NCBI GenBank assembly: GCA_038065235.1
Contig: JBBTRK010000006.1
Location: 3,255 to 67,254, forward strand
Direction: 5' to 3'
Source of the DNA: Patescibacteria group bacterium
GTDB lineage: Bacteria; Patescibacteriota; Patescibacteriia; PEXW01
DNA: 64,000 nucleotides
Below the pieces are notes generated by a model. The model had not been told where the DNA came from. It searched no databases and saw nothing but the letters and a program-made list of their open reading frames with translations. The first letter of the stretch is position 1. Each line of letters opens with the position of its first letter. A program made the position numbers and the translations under genes. Shown here piece after piece: positions 29,164 through 37,788 of this stretch.

Positions 29164-30549
29164 TTACGAGTCAGTTTTTTCTGATGGAACTTCGGGTTTT
29201 GTTTCTTCTGGTGCTTGCGCTTCCGCAACAGGCGCAGCCTCAGCCGGGGCTTCAGTATTCGCTTCGGCTGCTGCAGCAGCTTTGGCGGCTTCAGCTTCTT
29301 CTTTGCTGCGGCGCGGCGCGCCACCTTCACCGACGATATCGATGCGCCAGCCCGTGAGCTTGGCAGCGAGGCGGACGTTCTGGCCAGACTTGCCGATGGC
29401 GAGGGAAAGCTGGTCTTCCTTCACCTCAACTTTGGCGGTATGCGTCTCGTCATCGAGCGTTATGGAGATGACCTTCGCGGGCGAGAGGGCGTTGCCGATG
29501 AAAGCGATGTTATCCTCGGACCATTCGATGATATCAATTTTCTCGCCGCCGAGCTCGTTAATGACCGTCTGCACGCGGCTGCCACGTTGGCCAACACACG
29601 AGCCGATCGGGTCGATGTTCGGCTGCAGGCTAGCGACGGCAATCTTCGAGCGGAAGCCAGCTTCACGCGCCACGGCTTTGATCTCGACCGTCGCGTTCTG
29701 AATTTCTGGCACCTCGAAGGCGAAGAGCTTGCGGACAATTTCTGGGTGGGTGCGGGAGACAATGATCTCTGGCCCTTTGGTCGTGGAGTTCACGGACACA
29801 ATGTAGACTTTGATGCGGGCGCCCGCGCGGTATTGCTCGGTGGGCAGCTGCTCGCTCGGCGGCATAATACCCATGGCGTGGCCAATGTCGAACATGACCA
29901 AGCGGCCTTCCTGTCTCTGGACCGTGGCGTTGAAGAGCTCCCCTTCTTTATCCTTGAATTCTTTGAAGATAATTTCCCGTTCGGCTTCGCGGAGCTGTTG
30001 GATGATTACCTGTTTGGCCGTTTGGGCAGCCATGCGGCCATACGTGGATGGCGGGAAGAGTTCGGTGCGGATGACGTCGCCAATAGCCGCGCCTTTCTTC
30101 AGGGTCTTCGCATCGGTCTTGGTAATTTCGGTTTTCGGGTCGAAGCGTTCGAACACCGGTTCCTCGGGCTGTGCTTCGGTTGTGGCTTCCTCTGCCGCTT
30201 CTGCCTGCTTCAGGGCATGCGCTTCTTCTTCGCTGCGTGCCACGGTTTCCCCGGCGGCAACTTTTGCGGCCCGGTCAGCTTCCTCGGCTTCAATTTTCGC
30301 TTTGCGTTCGGCATCGTAGGCTTCGGTGGTAGCCTTCTTGGTATCTTCCACAACCGTCTTCTCATCGAAAATCCGGCTCGACCCGTCTTCCAGGCTGAAG
30401 TCGACCTTGATATTCTGGTCTTTCTCACCGAAATCCTTGCGGTATGCCACGGCGAGTGCAGCCTCCACGGTGTGGATGACCGAATCCATGGGGATGCGTT
30501 TTTCGTCCGCGATCTGCTTCATTGCGTCGATAATTGGGTTGGCAGCCAT
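29164..30549 (-). CDS. nusA: Transcription termination/antitermination factor NusA with large low-complexity insertion and acidic C-terminal tail
   Basis: NusA N-terminal segment, S1 domain and two KH domains (GSCVGQRGSRVQTVINELGGEKIDII; GKSGQNVRLAAKLTGWRIDI); about 150-aa Ala/Glu/Lys-rich insert and EEAEAAKAAAAAE... tail. Confidence 0.85.
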   Translation of the reverse strand: MAANPIIDAMKQIADEKRIPMDSVIHTVEAALAVAYRKDFGEKDQNIKVDFSLEDGSSRIFDEKTVVEDTKKATTEAYDAERKAKIEAEEADRAAKVAAGETVARSEEEAHALKQAEAAEEATTEAQPEEPVFERFDPKTEITKTDAKTLKKGAAIGDVIRTELFPPSTYGRMAAQTAKQVIIQQLREAEREIIFKEFKDKEGELFNATVQRQEGRLVMFDIGHAMGIMPPSEQLPTEQYRAGARIKVYIVSVNSTTKGPEIIVSRTHPEIVRKLFAFEVPEIQNATVEIKAVAREAGFRSKIAVASLQPNIDPIGSCVGQRGSRVQTVINELGGEKIDIIEWSEDNIAFIGNALSPAKVISITLDDETHTAKVEVKEDQLSLAIGKSGQNVRLAAKLTGWRIDIVGEGGAPRRSKEEAEAAKAAAAAEANTEAPAEAAPVAEAQAPEETKPEVPSEKTDS

Positions 30550-30624
30550 ACGTATGTAGGAAAAAAAGAAACAGCCTCATTCAAGGGCTGTCTAGAGAGG
30601 AGTATACAGTAACCGTGCGGTTCG

Positions 30625-30972
30625 TCAACCCCACACGTCAATCAAGTGTGTGCAGCGAGGCGGGTTTCCAGTAATTCCAATCACATCGATGCGATATGCG
30701 CCTTGGAGTTTGTGTAGAGTGACGTACCATTCGGCCGCGCGGCGCATGCGCTCTAGCTTCTTGCCCATTACCACTTCCTCAGGGTTTCCGAAAGCCGTTG
30801 AGGCACGGAATTTTACCTCGACAAAGACTGTAGTTTTTCTATCATCACACACCAGGTCAATTTCGCCGAACGGTGACCGCACGTTGCGTTCCACAAGCCG
30901 GTAACCCTTTTGGCGCAGAAACTCAGCCGCGAGATCTTCGCCGCGCATTCCACGTTCCTGCGTCAGGCTCAT
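30625..30972 (-). CDS. YraN/UPF0102-family endonuclease-like protein
   Basis: GEDLAAEFLRQKGYRLVERNVRSPFGEIDLV...VFVEVKFR matches UPF0102; start at internal Met (about 30972 or 30948). Confidence 0.6.
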   Translation of the reverse strand: MSLTQERGMRGEDLAAEFLRQKGYRLVERNVRSPFGEIDLVCDDRKTTVFVEVKFRASTAFGNPEEVVMGKKLERMRRAAEWYVTLHKLQGAYRIDVIGITGNPPRCTHLIDVWG

Positions 30973-31063
30973 AGATCCCGCAATTAGACTTGGTGAAAAG
31001 ATGTCTGCGGGATGACGCGCGCAAAAATGCAGTTTTGATGTATTTGCAGGTCCATTGCCCGCG

Positions 31064-31618
31064 TCACTTCTTGAAGACAAGGCCGAAGTGGTACGGCCCA
31101 GGTTTCATTTCCTCCACGAAGAGGAAGCCGGCATCTTCCGCCGAGCGTCGAATGTCTGAAGCGTGGATGAGCTGTTCACGGTGCGGTCCCATCTTCACGC
31201 CTGTAATTTTCCAGTCAATAATGAGAAGGCGGCCGCCGGTTTTGAGCATGCGGTACGTCTCGCGCAGAATGTCTGGGTGGCGGTGCGATTGGAAGAGGAG
31301 GTTGATGAGCAAGCTGACATCGACAACTTCATCGCGCACCAAGCGGGCGCCGCGGTACACCTCGAGGTTGGACCACACGGGTACGATGTTCGCGAGGTCT
31401 GCCAAACGTGCGCGGCTGACGAGGTTGGAGAGTGCGGACTTCAGCACGTCGATGCCGAAGACCGTCCCCTTGCTCCCGACCATCTTCGCTGCTTGCAGCA
31501 CGAAGTACCCCGAGCCGCCGCAGCCGAGGTCAGCCACGACCATGCCTGGCCCCACGCCCATGCGGCGCAGGATGTGTTCAGTGTGGAAGAGGGTTGTGCC
31601 CGAGGGGATTTTCGCCAT
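31064..31618 (-). CDS. Class I SAM-dependent methyltransferase
   Basis: Motif I VVADLGCGGSGYFVL, acidic motif II GIDV, motif III LKTGGRLLIID. Confidence 0.6.
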   Translation of the reverse strand: MAKIPSGTTLFHTEHILRRMGVGPGMVVADLGCGGSGYFVLQAAKMVGSKGTVFGIDVLKSALSNLVSRARLADLANIVPVWSNLEVYRGARLVRDEVVDVSLLINLLFQSHRHPDILRETYRMLKTGGRLLIIDWKITGVKMGPHREQLIHASDIRRSAEDAGFLFVEEMKPGPYHFGLVFKK

Positions 31619-31624
31619 AGTATT

Positions 31625-32437
31625 TTACCGTTGTGTTCGCTTCGCGCGCTTCTTCGCTCGAGGTGCTCTCTTCTTTATACTCTTCTTCAGCTTCTTTGTC
31701 TGGATGACGCGTTTCTTCGGTTTACCAGTTGCGACCCGCGTGCGTCCTCGTCGAGTGGGTTTTGCTTTACGGAACACCGTAGGTTTCTTCTTCTTATTTA
31801 TGAATTTTTTCGAAGCTTTTTGGGCTGCCGTTTGAACAGGTGCAAAACTCATCCTGTGTGCCAGTGTTGGGCCGTGCATGGCGAGGAGCTTGGCGTGCAA
31901 GGGCGTACCGTAACCCTTGTGCACGTGAAAGTGGAATTTGGGGTACAGCCGGTTGAGCTCCGAGCTCATGATTTGGTCGCGCACAACCTTGGCGATGATT
32001 GATGCGGCGCTGATGCTCCGCTCCAGCGCATCGCCGTCGATGATGTTCACGACCGGTGTTGCACCGAGGTCGATTTTGAACGCATCTACTAAGACCGCAT
32101 CGGGGGAGACGTGGAGCTTCTCCACAGCTTTCTTCAGTGCAGCAAGGTTCGCTTTGTGTACGCCGTCCTTATCGATTTCGGTAACGGGTACGACGTATGC
32201 TGTCCAGGCCAGAGCTTTCTTCGTAATCGAAACGAACGCCCGTTCGCGCTGCGTCGGGGTTAACATTTTCGAATCGTAGAGCTCGGTGGGAATATCCGTC
32301 TCGTCCAAAATTACCGCCGCGGTCACCAGCGGTCCTGCCCAGCTGCCTTTTCCTGCCTCATCCACTCCAGCAATCAGCCGATGTCCTGCTTTTCGCAATT
32401 TCGTTTCGTGGTGGTTGGTGGGGGCTGATTTTGGCAT
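31625..32437 (-). CDS. rnhB: Ribonuclease HII with about 60-aa Lys/Arg-rich C-terminal extension
   Basis: IAGVDEAGKGSWAGPLVTAAV (DEAGRG motif), KVVRDQIM, HKGYG...; tail KKKKPTVFRKAKPTRRGRTR...KKRAKRTQR. Confidence 0.85.
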   Translation of the reverse strand: MPKSAPTNHHETKLRKAGHRLIAGVDEAGKGSWAGPLVTAAVILDETDIPTELYDSKMLTPTQRERAFVSITKKALAWTAYVVPVTEIDKDGVHKANLAALKKAVEKLHVSPDAVLVDAFKIDLGATPVVNIIDGDALERSISAASIIAKVVRDQIMSSELNRLYPKFHFHVHKGYGTPLHAKLLAMHGPTLAHRMSFAPVQTAAQKASKKFINKKKKPTVFRKAKPTRRGRTRVATGKPKKRVIQTKKLKKSIKKRAPRAKKRAKRTQR

Positions 32438-32470
32438 GCAGCCAGTATACTCTATCCCTGTCTTTTTTAC

Positions 32471-32527
32471 ACAAAAATAAAAGGGCTCGAGGCCTGTATA
32501 TCATAGAGATTAAGAGGCTGAGCCCTT
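32471..32527 (-). terminator. Rho-independent terminator (8-bp GC-rich stem + T-tract) 35-40 nt upstream of rnhB start
   Basis: AAGGGCTC-loop-GAGCCCTT followed by TTTTATTTTT on minus strand. Confidence 0.5.
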
Positions 32528-32894
32528 AAATAGTTTAGTGAGTAGACGTGGGCCACCCGGTTCGCAACTCCTCAACGAGAGCAGTCGTCAACCGGGCAGC
32601 TCATGCCATGAACCTCGCTAAACTTTGCATTCATCGTTTTCCACATTTCTCGATGAATAGTGACTACCACTCTTGTGGTTATACCCCTTGCCCGAAAGCG
32701 TAAGAGTTAACCTTTTATGCTAGGGAATTTTTATATTCTCCTAGTTTTTCTTTTCAGTCAGCCGTGTGGACGGCTATGACGAGTAGTAGAACAGAAGCCC
32801 CACAACGTTTGGTAGTGCCAGCTGTCGTACTTCTCGTTTCCTTGGGTTTTCCAAGGGTAGTAGTCTGCGGATTCAAGGAGCGTTCTTAATTTCT
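32475..32894 (-). ncRNA. Orphan structured RNA candidate (about 420 nt), class unassigned, bounded by consensus promoter and intrinsic terminator
   Basis: Minus strand: TTGACA-17 nt-TATACT at about 32929-32901; terminator hairpin AAGGGCTC...GAGCCCTT + TTTTATTTTT at about 32527-32471; no ORF >=60 aa; multiple internal hairpins. RNase P P4 (GGAAAGUCCGG) and tmRNA tRNA-like-end motifs not found. Confidence 0.3.
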
Positions 32895-32900
32895 ATCAGG

Positions 32901-32929
32901 AGTATAGCACCATTTTGACCCCATGTCAA
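32901..32929 (-). promoter_or_regulatory. Sigma-70 consensus promoter TTGACA-17-TATACT driving the ncRNA candidate
   Basis: Exact -35 hexamer, 17-nt spacer, 5/6 -10. Confidence 0.5.
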
Positions 32930-32961
32930 CAATTTGGTGTGGCTAAGGTTAGCCAAAATGC

Positions 32962-33522
32962 CTACAGGCCTTTCTTCCAGGCTTGGAATTTGGCTTTTAC
33001 CTTCCGGACGACCGTCGGGATAGGGATACGGCTGGTGTTGAGGACGAAGTCGTACTGGTCTTTCTGCAGGAAGTCTACCCCGTAGAGTATGCGGTAGCGC
33101 TTCCGGTCAGAGCGCACGCGTTTCGCATGGAGGCGCATCACGGAAGCAATTGACTGCTGTTCTCCCAGTTCGCTCTGCCGTTCGCGGCGGTTCTGCAGCG
33201 TCCGCTTAGCACCGATGCGTGGGCTTACGGTGAGCAGGACTTTAAAAGAGCTCGGGAAGAAGTGCCAGGCGGTCCGGCTGCTGATGACGATGCGTGGTTG
33301 GTGGCTAACCGTTCGAACGAGCTGCTGGTCAAAGGCTTTGTCTCCAGCATTTGGGTGCGCCTCTGACCAGGCATTAAACTCGTGGAGCGACATGCCTTTC
33401 TGCTGCGCGGCCTTCCGGCGAAGCTGCCCGACGTCTATTGTCTTGTAACGCAGGAGCTTGGCCAAGCGGTCCGTGACTGTCGATTTTCCTGACCCCGGCG
33501 CGCCGTTGATGGTGATGATCAT
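32962..33522 (-). CDS. cmk: Cytidylate kinase-like P-loop kinase
   Basis: MIITINGAPGSGKSTV P-loop, 186 aa, archaeal/short-type CMP kinase architecture. Confidence 0.55.
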   Translation of the reverse strand: MIITINGAPGSGKSTVTDRLAKLLRYKTIDVGQLRRKAAQQKGMSLHEFNAWSEAHPNAGDKAFDQQLVRTVSHQPRIVISSRTAWHFFPSSFKVLLTVSPRIGAKRTLQNRRERQSELGEQQSIASVMRLHAKRVRSDRKRYRILYGVDFLQKDQYDFVLNTSRIPIPTVVRKVKAKFQAWKKGL

Positions 33523-33565
33523 CGGTTACGAATTACGAATAGAGATACGAAATACGAATCGGGGA
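33523..33565 (-). promoter_or_regulatory. Second copy of ATTCGTA-repeat upstream motif, immediately 5' of cmk ATG
   Basis: Sense strand CCCCGATTCGTATTTCGTATCTCTATTCGTAATTCGTAACCG-ATG. Confidence 0.35.
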
Positions 33566-33964
33566 CTATTTAGGCTTTCCTAGTAGTAAGAAGTCTAGCG
33601 CAAAAATTGTTGCAATGAACAGTCCGAAGGCAGAGTACGTCCATACGTGCGTGACGTACCAGATGTTCGCAGCGTAGCAAATTGCAATCAGGATGAGCGC
33701 CGTTTTCAGCGCGTACGTGGTGAACTGCAGTGCCGGGTGTTTATCCCAGCCAATGAATTGTCGCGCCGTGAAGAAGAAGTCCAGAATTACTGCCAGTGCA
33801 CTTACCGCACCCGCGGCAATGAGTTGTTCGGATAAGCCGTAGCGCGTGGCGGCGAAGGCCATGATGATGACCACCACCCAACAGCGGAAGAGGTCGGTGA
33901 TGATAAGTATAGTGCCGGCGAAATTACGACCGGGTTGAAGGTGGTGCCAATGCCTTGCGATCAT
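33566..33964 (-). CDS. Hypothetical membrane protein (4 TM)
   Basis: 132-aa hydrophobic ORF. Confidence 0.4.
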   Translation of the reverse strand: MIARHWHHLQPGRNFAGTILIITDLFRCWVVVIIMAFAATRYGLSEQLIAAGAVSALAVILDFFFTARQFIGWDKHPALQFTTYALKTALILIAICYAANIWYVTHVWTYSAFGLFIATIFALDFLLLGKPK

Positions 33965-33985
33965 GAGAAAAGGATAGCATGCCTT

Positions 33986-34101
33986 GTCAATGCGAGCCCG
34001 CCATATTTTTTGTCATCCTGAGCAACAGCGAAGGATCTTGCACGCTTTTGAAGAGTACGGCAAGATTCTTCGGCCTCGGTGAGCTCGGCCTCAGAATGAC
34101 A
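33986..34101. repeat. Compound repeat: subfamily-2 head fragment (TGTCAATGCGAGCCCG) + complete subfamily-1 copy D (34012-34101)
   Basis: GTCATCCTGAGCAACAGCGAAGGATCTTGC...GCAAGATTCTTCGGCCTCGGTGAGCTCGGCCTCAGAATGACA; reverse complement of copy B with transition (wobble-compatible) differences. Confidence 0.7.
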
Positions 34102-34142
34102 ATTGGAAAACCCAAGCGGCAGTGTAGCTGTGGAAAACTCGG

Positions 34143-34535
34143 CTACTTACGCAAAACCCAGGCGATGTTGAAGTCCTGCGCCTCGAAGAACTTCTTGGCG
34201 AAATCTGCAACGACGTTGGGGTCGTAGAACTTGCAGCTGAAGATATCCAGGTAGATGTTGTTGCTCTGGTTGGCGAAATGGCCGGAGATGAGGGACGTCT
34301 CGATGAGCTGGGTCATGGAGAAGCCGGCGACGCGCTCATCTTCACCGAAGTCAACAACGACGGTATCGCCGAAGCGTTTCATGCCTATGAGGTCGCAGAG
34401 TTCGCGGACAAACTGTTTGATTTTTTCTGCATCCCGGAGCGTTGTCGGATTGCAGGTGTGCAGGTCGAGCTGCGTGGCGAGGCCCCAGGCGTCGGTGCTC
34501 TCGTAGCGCTGCTGCAGGTCGGCGACACTTTCCAT
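34143..34535 (-). CDS. speH: Pyruvoyl-dependent S-adenosylmethionine decarboxylase proenzyme (small SpeH/SpeD class)
   Basis: 130 aa; cleavage/active-site region GFSMTQLIETSLISGHF and DIFSCK pattern of class 1b AdoMetDC. Confidence 0.6.
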   Translation of the reverse strand: MESVADLQQRYESTDAWGLATQLDLHTCNPTTLRDAEKIKQFVRELCDLIGMKRFGDTVVVDFGEDERVAGFSMTQLIETSLISGHFANQSNNIYLDIFSCKFYDPNVVADFAKKFFEAQDFNIAWVLRK

Positions 34536-34612
34536 TTCTTTTGGTGGTTAAGAAGAATTCAGCAATATATATTGTACGGCATGGAGCTGCAGGCGCAAGA
34601 GTTTTCCCCTCT

Positions 34613-34727
34613 GTCATTGCGAGCCCGAATCTTACGAGGGCGCGGCAATCCCGTTTTTTGGTGTGTAGCCACGAGCCCTCGCTCGTGGTTCAGATTAAAG
34701 CCCGCAGCGAGGGCTGCGGGCTACACG
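34613..34727. repeat. Structured intergenic repeat, subfamily 2 copy E (partial: head GTCATTGCGAGCCCG...GCGGCAATCCCG then divergent hairpins)
   Basis: Shares head with copies F, G, H; followed by CCACGAGCCCTCGCTCGTGG and GCCCGCAGCGAGGGCTGCGGGC hairpins. Confidence 0.6.
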
Positions 34728-34812
34728 ATAATGGCGCCGCCCGCGTTGGGATGTTTTTGTAACCAAAAGCCGCTCGGAAATCCGAGCGGCTTGTTCAATC
34801 AATTACTTATGC

Positions 34813-37113
34813 TTACTCGCGTCGGCGGAAGTGGCCACCATCACCGCCACCCCGGGGGCCGTTGAAGCCGCGCGGGCCGCGGTGGTCTCGGCCACCAGTG
34901 CCGTTGAAGCCACCTTGGCCACCCGTATCAAAGGCAGACTCTGGAATGACCAGGTCGCTTTCGGCACCCAAGGCTTTCACCGAGAGGCTAATGCGGCCAC
35001 GCTCCTTGTCCACCTCCATGACCTTCACCTTCAGCTTCTGGCCAACCTGGACAATGTCCGAGACAGCGCGGATGCGGGCCGAGGCGAATTCGGAAATGTG
35101 GACCATGCCATCTTTGCCCGGAGCGAACTCCACAATGGCGCCAATCTCGCCGCCGCTGTTACGGTCCTTCATGATTTGGGTCACCGTGCCTTCGAAGATC
35201 TCACCAACCACGACCTCGCGGGTGATGTTCTTAATCCACTCCTCAGCCTTCTTGGCCATTTCCGAATTGGTGGAGGTAATGAAGATTAAACCGTCGTCAT
35301 CGATGTCGATCTTGGTCACGTCTGCACCGCCGCACTCGTCAATAATCTTGTTGATGGTCTCGCCACCCTTGCCAATGACGTCGCGGATGAGCTCGGGGTT
35401 GATGCGGATGCTGGTGATGCGCGGGGCGTACGGCGACAGCTCTTTGCGCGGCTCGGCAATTGCCTTGGCCATGACGTCCAGAATCTGCAACCGGGCCTTC
35501 TGCGCGCCGGTGAGTGCTTCCTTTACCATGTCCATGGTCAGCCCATCTACCTTGATGTCTACCTGGATGGCGGTGATGCCCTTGGTGGTACCAGCAACTT
35601 TGAAGTCCATGCCACCAGCGTGGTCTTCAAGGCCTTGGATGTCGGTGATGACTTTATATTTGCTTGCGTCCTTTGGGTCGACAATGAGACCCATGGCAAT
35701 GCCGGCAACCGGCGCGCTAATTGGTACGCCCGCGTCCATGAGCGCCAGGGACGAGCCGCACGCCGAGGCTTGCGAGGTTGAGCCATTGCTGGAGAGCACT
35801 TCGCTCACCACGCGGATGGTGTAGGGGAAAGATTCCTTATCTGGCAGCACAGGCATGAGTGCCTTTTCGGCGAGGGCGCCGTGGCCAATTTCGCGGCGTC
35901 CGGGGCCGCGGTTCGGTTTCACCTCACCAACCGAGTAGGAGGGGAAGTTGTAGTGGTGCATGTAGCGCTTCTTGCCATTCTCTTCCATACCGTCCAGGGT
36001 CTGCTCATCGCCCGGCGAACCGAGCGTGACAATGGACATAACCTGCGTCTCGCCACGTTGGAAGACGCCAGTGCCGTGCGTGCGCGGGAGCAGCGCAACT
36101 TCCGCAGAGAGCGAGCGGAGTTCATCCACCCCGCGGCCATCCACGCGCTTGCCGGTTTCCAGCACCAGGGCCATCGCGGCTTCGCTGATGAATTCATCCA
36201 GCATGCCCACGCCTATAGCACGCTCATCCTTGCTTACTTCATTATCCGCTTTGAGCATGACGTCGAGTTCAGCAGTCAAATTCTTTATTGCTGTGCTCTG
36301 CGCTTGCTTGGTCGGGTCCACGAAGAGGCTCTGCTCCTTCTCGGCAGTGAAGAACGCCTCTACCTTCGCATGGAGCTTTTTTTTCATATCAGCGTCAGCG
36401 CCTTCAGTAGCGATGACGATCTTCGGCTTGCCCACCGCAGCAACCACCTGCTCGATGAGCTCGATGATCTTGCGGTTGTGCTTCAATCCGAACTCCACAG
36501 CACCGGCGACGGTCGCTTCGTCTACCTGCTTAGCACCAGCTTCAATCATCACGGCTTTCTCTTTGCTCGCTGCTAGCACGAGGTCTAGGTCGGACTTCAG
36601 GCGTGCTTCGTAAGAGGGGTTCAGCACCCACTCGCCGTTGATCTGGCCGACGCGAACGCCGGCGATTGGGCCGTTCCACGGAATTTCGGACATGGAGAGC
36701 ACGGTGGCAGCGCCGATGAGCGCTGGCATGTCGGGGTCATTCTCCTGGTCGACGGAGAGGACGAGCACGGAAACCTGCACGTCGTTGCGCATCCGGCTAT
36801 CGAACAATGGCCGGACCGAGCGGTCTATGACGCGGCCGGTGAGAATAGCCTCGTCGGTCGGTCGGCCTTCACGCTTGATGAAGCGCGAGCCCTTAATTTT
36901 CCCGGCGGCGTAGAGGCGTTCCTCGTAGTCCACCATGAGCGGGAAGTAGTCTATACCTTCGCGCACTTTACCAGAGCGCACGACGGTGGCGAGCACGACG
37001 GTGTCGCCGTACTGGACGGTGCACGCGGCGTTCGCCAGGCCGGCGTACTTGCCCGTCTGGATGCTGAGGGTCTTGCCGCCGATGTCGGCGGTGAATGTCT
37101 TGATGTCTGCCAT
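34813..37113 (-). CDS. pnp: Polynucleotide phosphorylase with Gly/Arg-rich (RGG-like) C-terminal tail
   Basis: Two RNase PH domains, KH (GKGGETINKIIDECG) and S1 domains; start MADIKTF at 37113; tail GGQGGFNGTGGRDHRGPRGFNGPRGGGDGGHFRRRE. Confidence 0.9.
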   Translation of the reverse strand: MADIKTFTADIGGKTLSIQTGKYAGLANAACTVQYGDTVVLATVVRSGKVREGIDYFPLMVDYEERLYAAGKIKGSRFIKREGRPTDEAILTGRVIDRSVRPLFDSRMRNDVQVSVLVLSVDQENDPDMPALIGAATVLSMSEIPWNGPIAGVRVGQINGEWVLNPSYEARLKSDLDLVLAASKEKAVMIEAGAKQVDEATVAGAVEFGLKHNRKIIELIEQVVAAVGKPKIVIATEGADADMKKKLHAKVEAFFTAEKEQSLFVDPTKQAQSTAIKNLTAELDVMLKADNEVSKDERAIGVGMLDEFISEAAMALVLETGKRVDGRGVDELRSLSAEVALLPRTHGTGVFQRGETQVMSIVTLGSPGDEQTLDGMEENGKKRYMHHYNFPSYSVGEVKPNRGPGRREIGHGALAEKALMPVLPDKESFPYTIRVVSEVLSSNGSTSQASACGSSLALMDAGVPISAPVAGIAMGLIVDPKDASKYKVITDIQGLEDHAGGMDFKVAGTTKGITAIQVDIKVDGLTMDMVKEALTGAQKARLQILDVMAKAIAEPRKELSPYAPRITSIRINPELIRDVIGKGGETINKIIDECGGADVTKIDIDDDGLIFITSTNSEMAKKAEEWIKNITREVVVGEIFEGTVTQIMKDRNSGGEIGAIVEFAPGKDGMVHISEFASARIRAVSDIVQVGQKLKVKVMEVDKERGRISLSVKALGAESDLVIPESAFDTGGQGGFNGTGGRDHRGPRGFNGPRGGGDGGHFRRRE

Positions 37114-37248
37114 AGGGCGGACCTTTCTTTGGCTCCGCCGCACCCACAGTTTGCAGTCAGGAGAGCGCGTCGCTGGGACGTGGGCTACTGACTTCAAACT
37201 ACGAACGCGAGCTGGAGCTTGGTTAAGAGAGAAAACGAGTGAGTGAGT

Positions 37249-37788
37249 TTAGCGGCGCAACAGGCGCAGGCGGCCTTCGCGCGCGAGCTTGCTAGGAATC
37301 AGGAACGAGCGCTTGTCGATGGAGAGGTCGGTGAATTGGTCAACGGCTTCTTTGAGCTTGATGGAGGCAGCGAGGCCGAAGGCCATGCCTTCCACGCGGA
37401 CGCCTTCATGTTGCAGGGCGCGGACGAGGGGGACGAAGTCGCCGTCGCCAGTGATGAGGATGACCACGTCAACCTTCTTGGCGTAGCGCAGGGCGTCAAT
37501 AGCGATACCGACATCCCAGTCACCTTTCTTCGTACCGTCGCCGAAGACCTGCAGTTCTTTCATCCGGAGTTCGTAGCCAACTTTCGTGAGCAGTTCAAAG
37601 AATTTTTCCTCTTCTGGCGTCTGGTTGCTAATGCCGTAGGCGAACGCGCGGATGAGTTTGCGGTTGCCCACGCCCTTCTCCAGAATTGCACCAAAGTTTG
37701 GCCGGCTGCCGTGGAGGCGCCGAGCCGAGTGGTAGAGGTTGGAGAGGTCTACGAAGACGCCGATGCGTTGGTCTGCGGTGGAAATCAT
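37249..37788 (-). CDS. NYN-domain (LabA-like) putative ribonuclease
   Basis: GVFVDLSNLYHSARRL..., VVILITGDGDFVPLV motifs of NYN/LabA; sits between rpsO and pnp; ATG overlaps rpsO stop by 1 nt (TAATG). Confidence 0.7.
   Translation of the reverse strand: MISTADQRIGVFVDLSNLYHSARRLHGSRPNFGAILEKGVGNRKLIRAFAYGISNQTPEEEKFFELLTKVGYELRMKELQVFGDGTKKGDWDVGIAIDALRYAKKVDVVILITGDGDFVPLVRALQHEGVRVEGMAFGLAASIKLKEAVDQFTDLSIDKRSFLIPSKLAREGRLRLLRR

Noticed and set aside
29215-30612. 465-aa plus-strand ORF antisense to nusA
   Set aside because: NusA S1/KH domain motifs are clear on the minus strand. The plus-strand product is Arg/Gly/Phe-rich without domain features.
32475-32894. The ncRNA candidate as RNase P RNA, tmRNA or SRP RNA
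   Set aside because: The universally conserved P4 GGAAAGUCCGG is absent. No tRNA-like 5'/3' pairing with a GGUUCGA T-loop or tag ORF ending ...AA-stop. No GGAAGG...AGCAGCC domain IV. It is left as an unclassified RNA.
34831-36613. Long plus-strand ORFs antisense to pnp (34862..35824, 35881..36576, 35972..36613)
   Set aside because: PNPase RNase-PH, KH and S1 motifs on the minus strand explain the region. The antisense products are Ser/Met/Pro-rich shadows.
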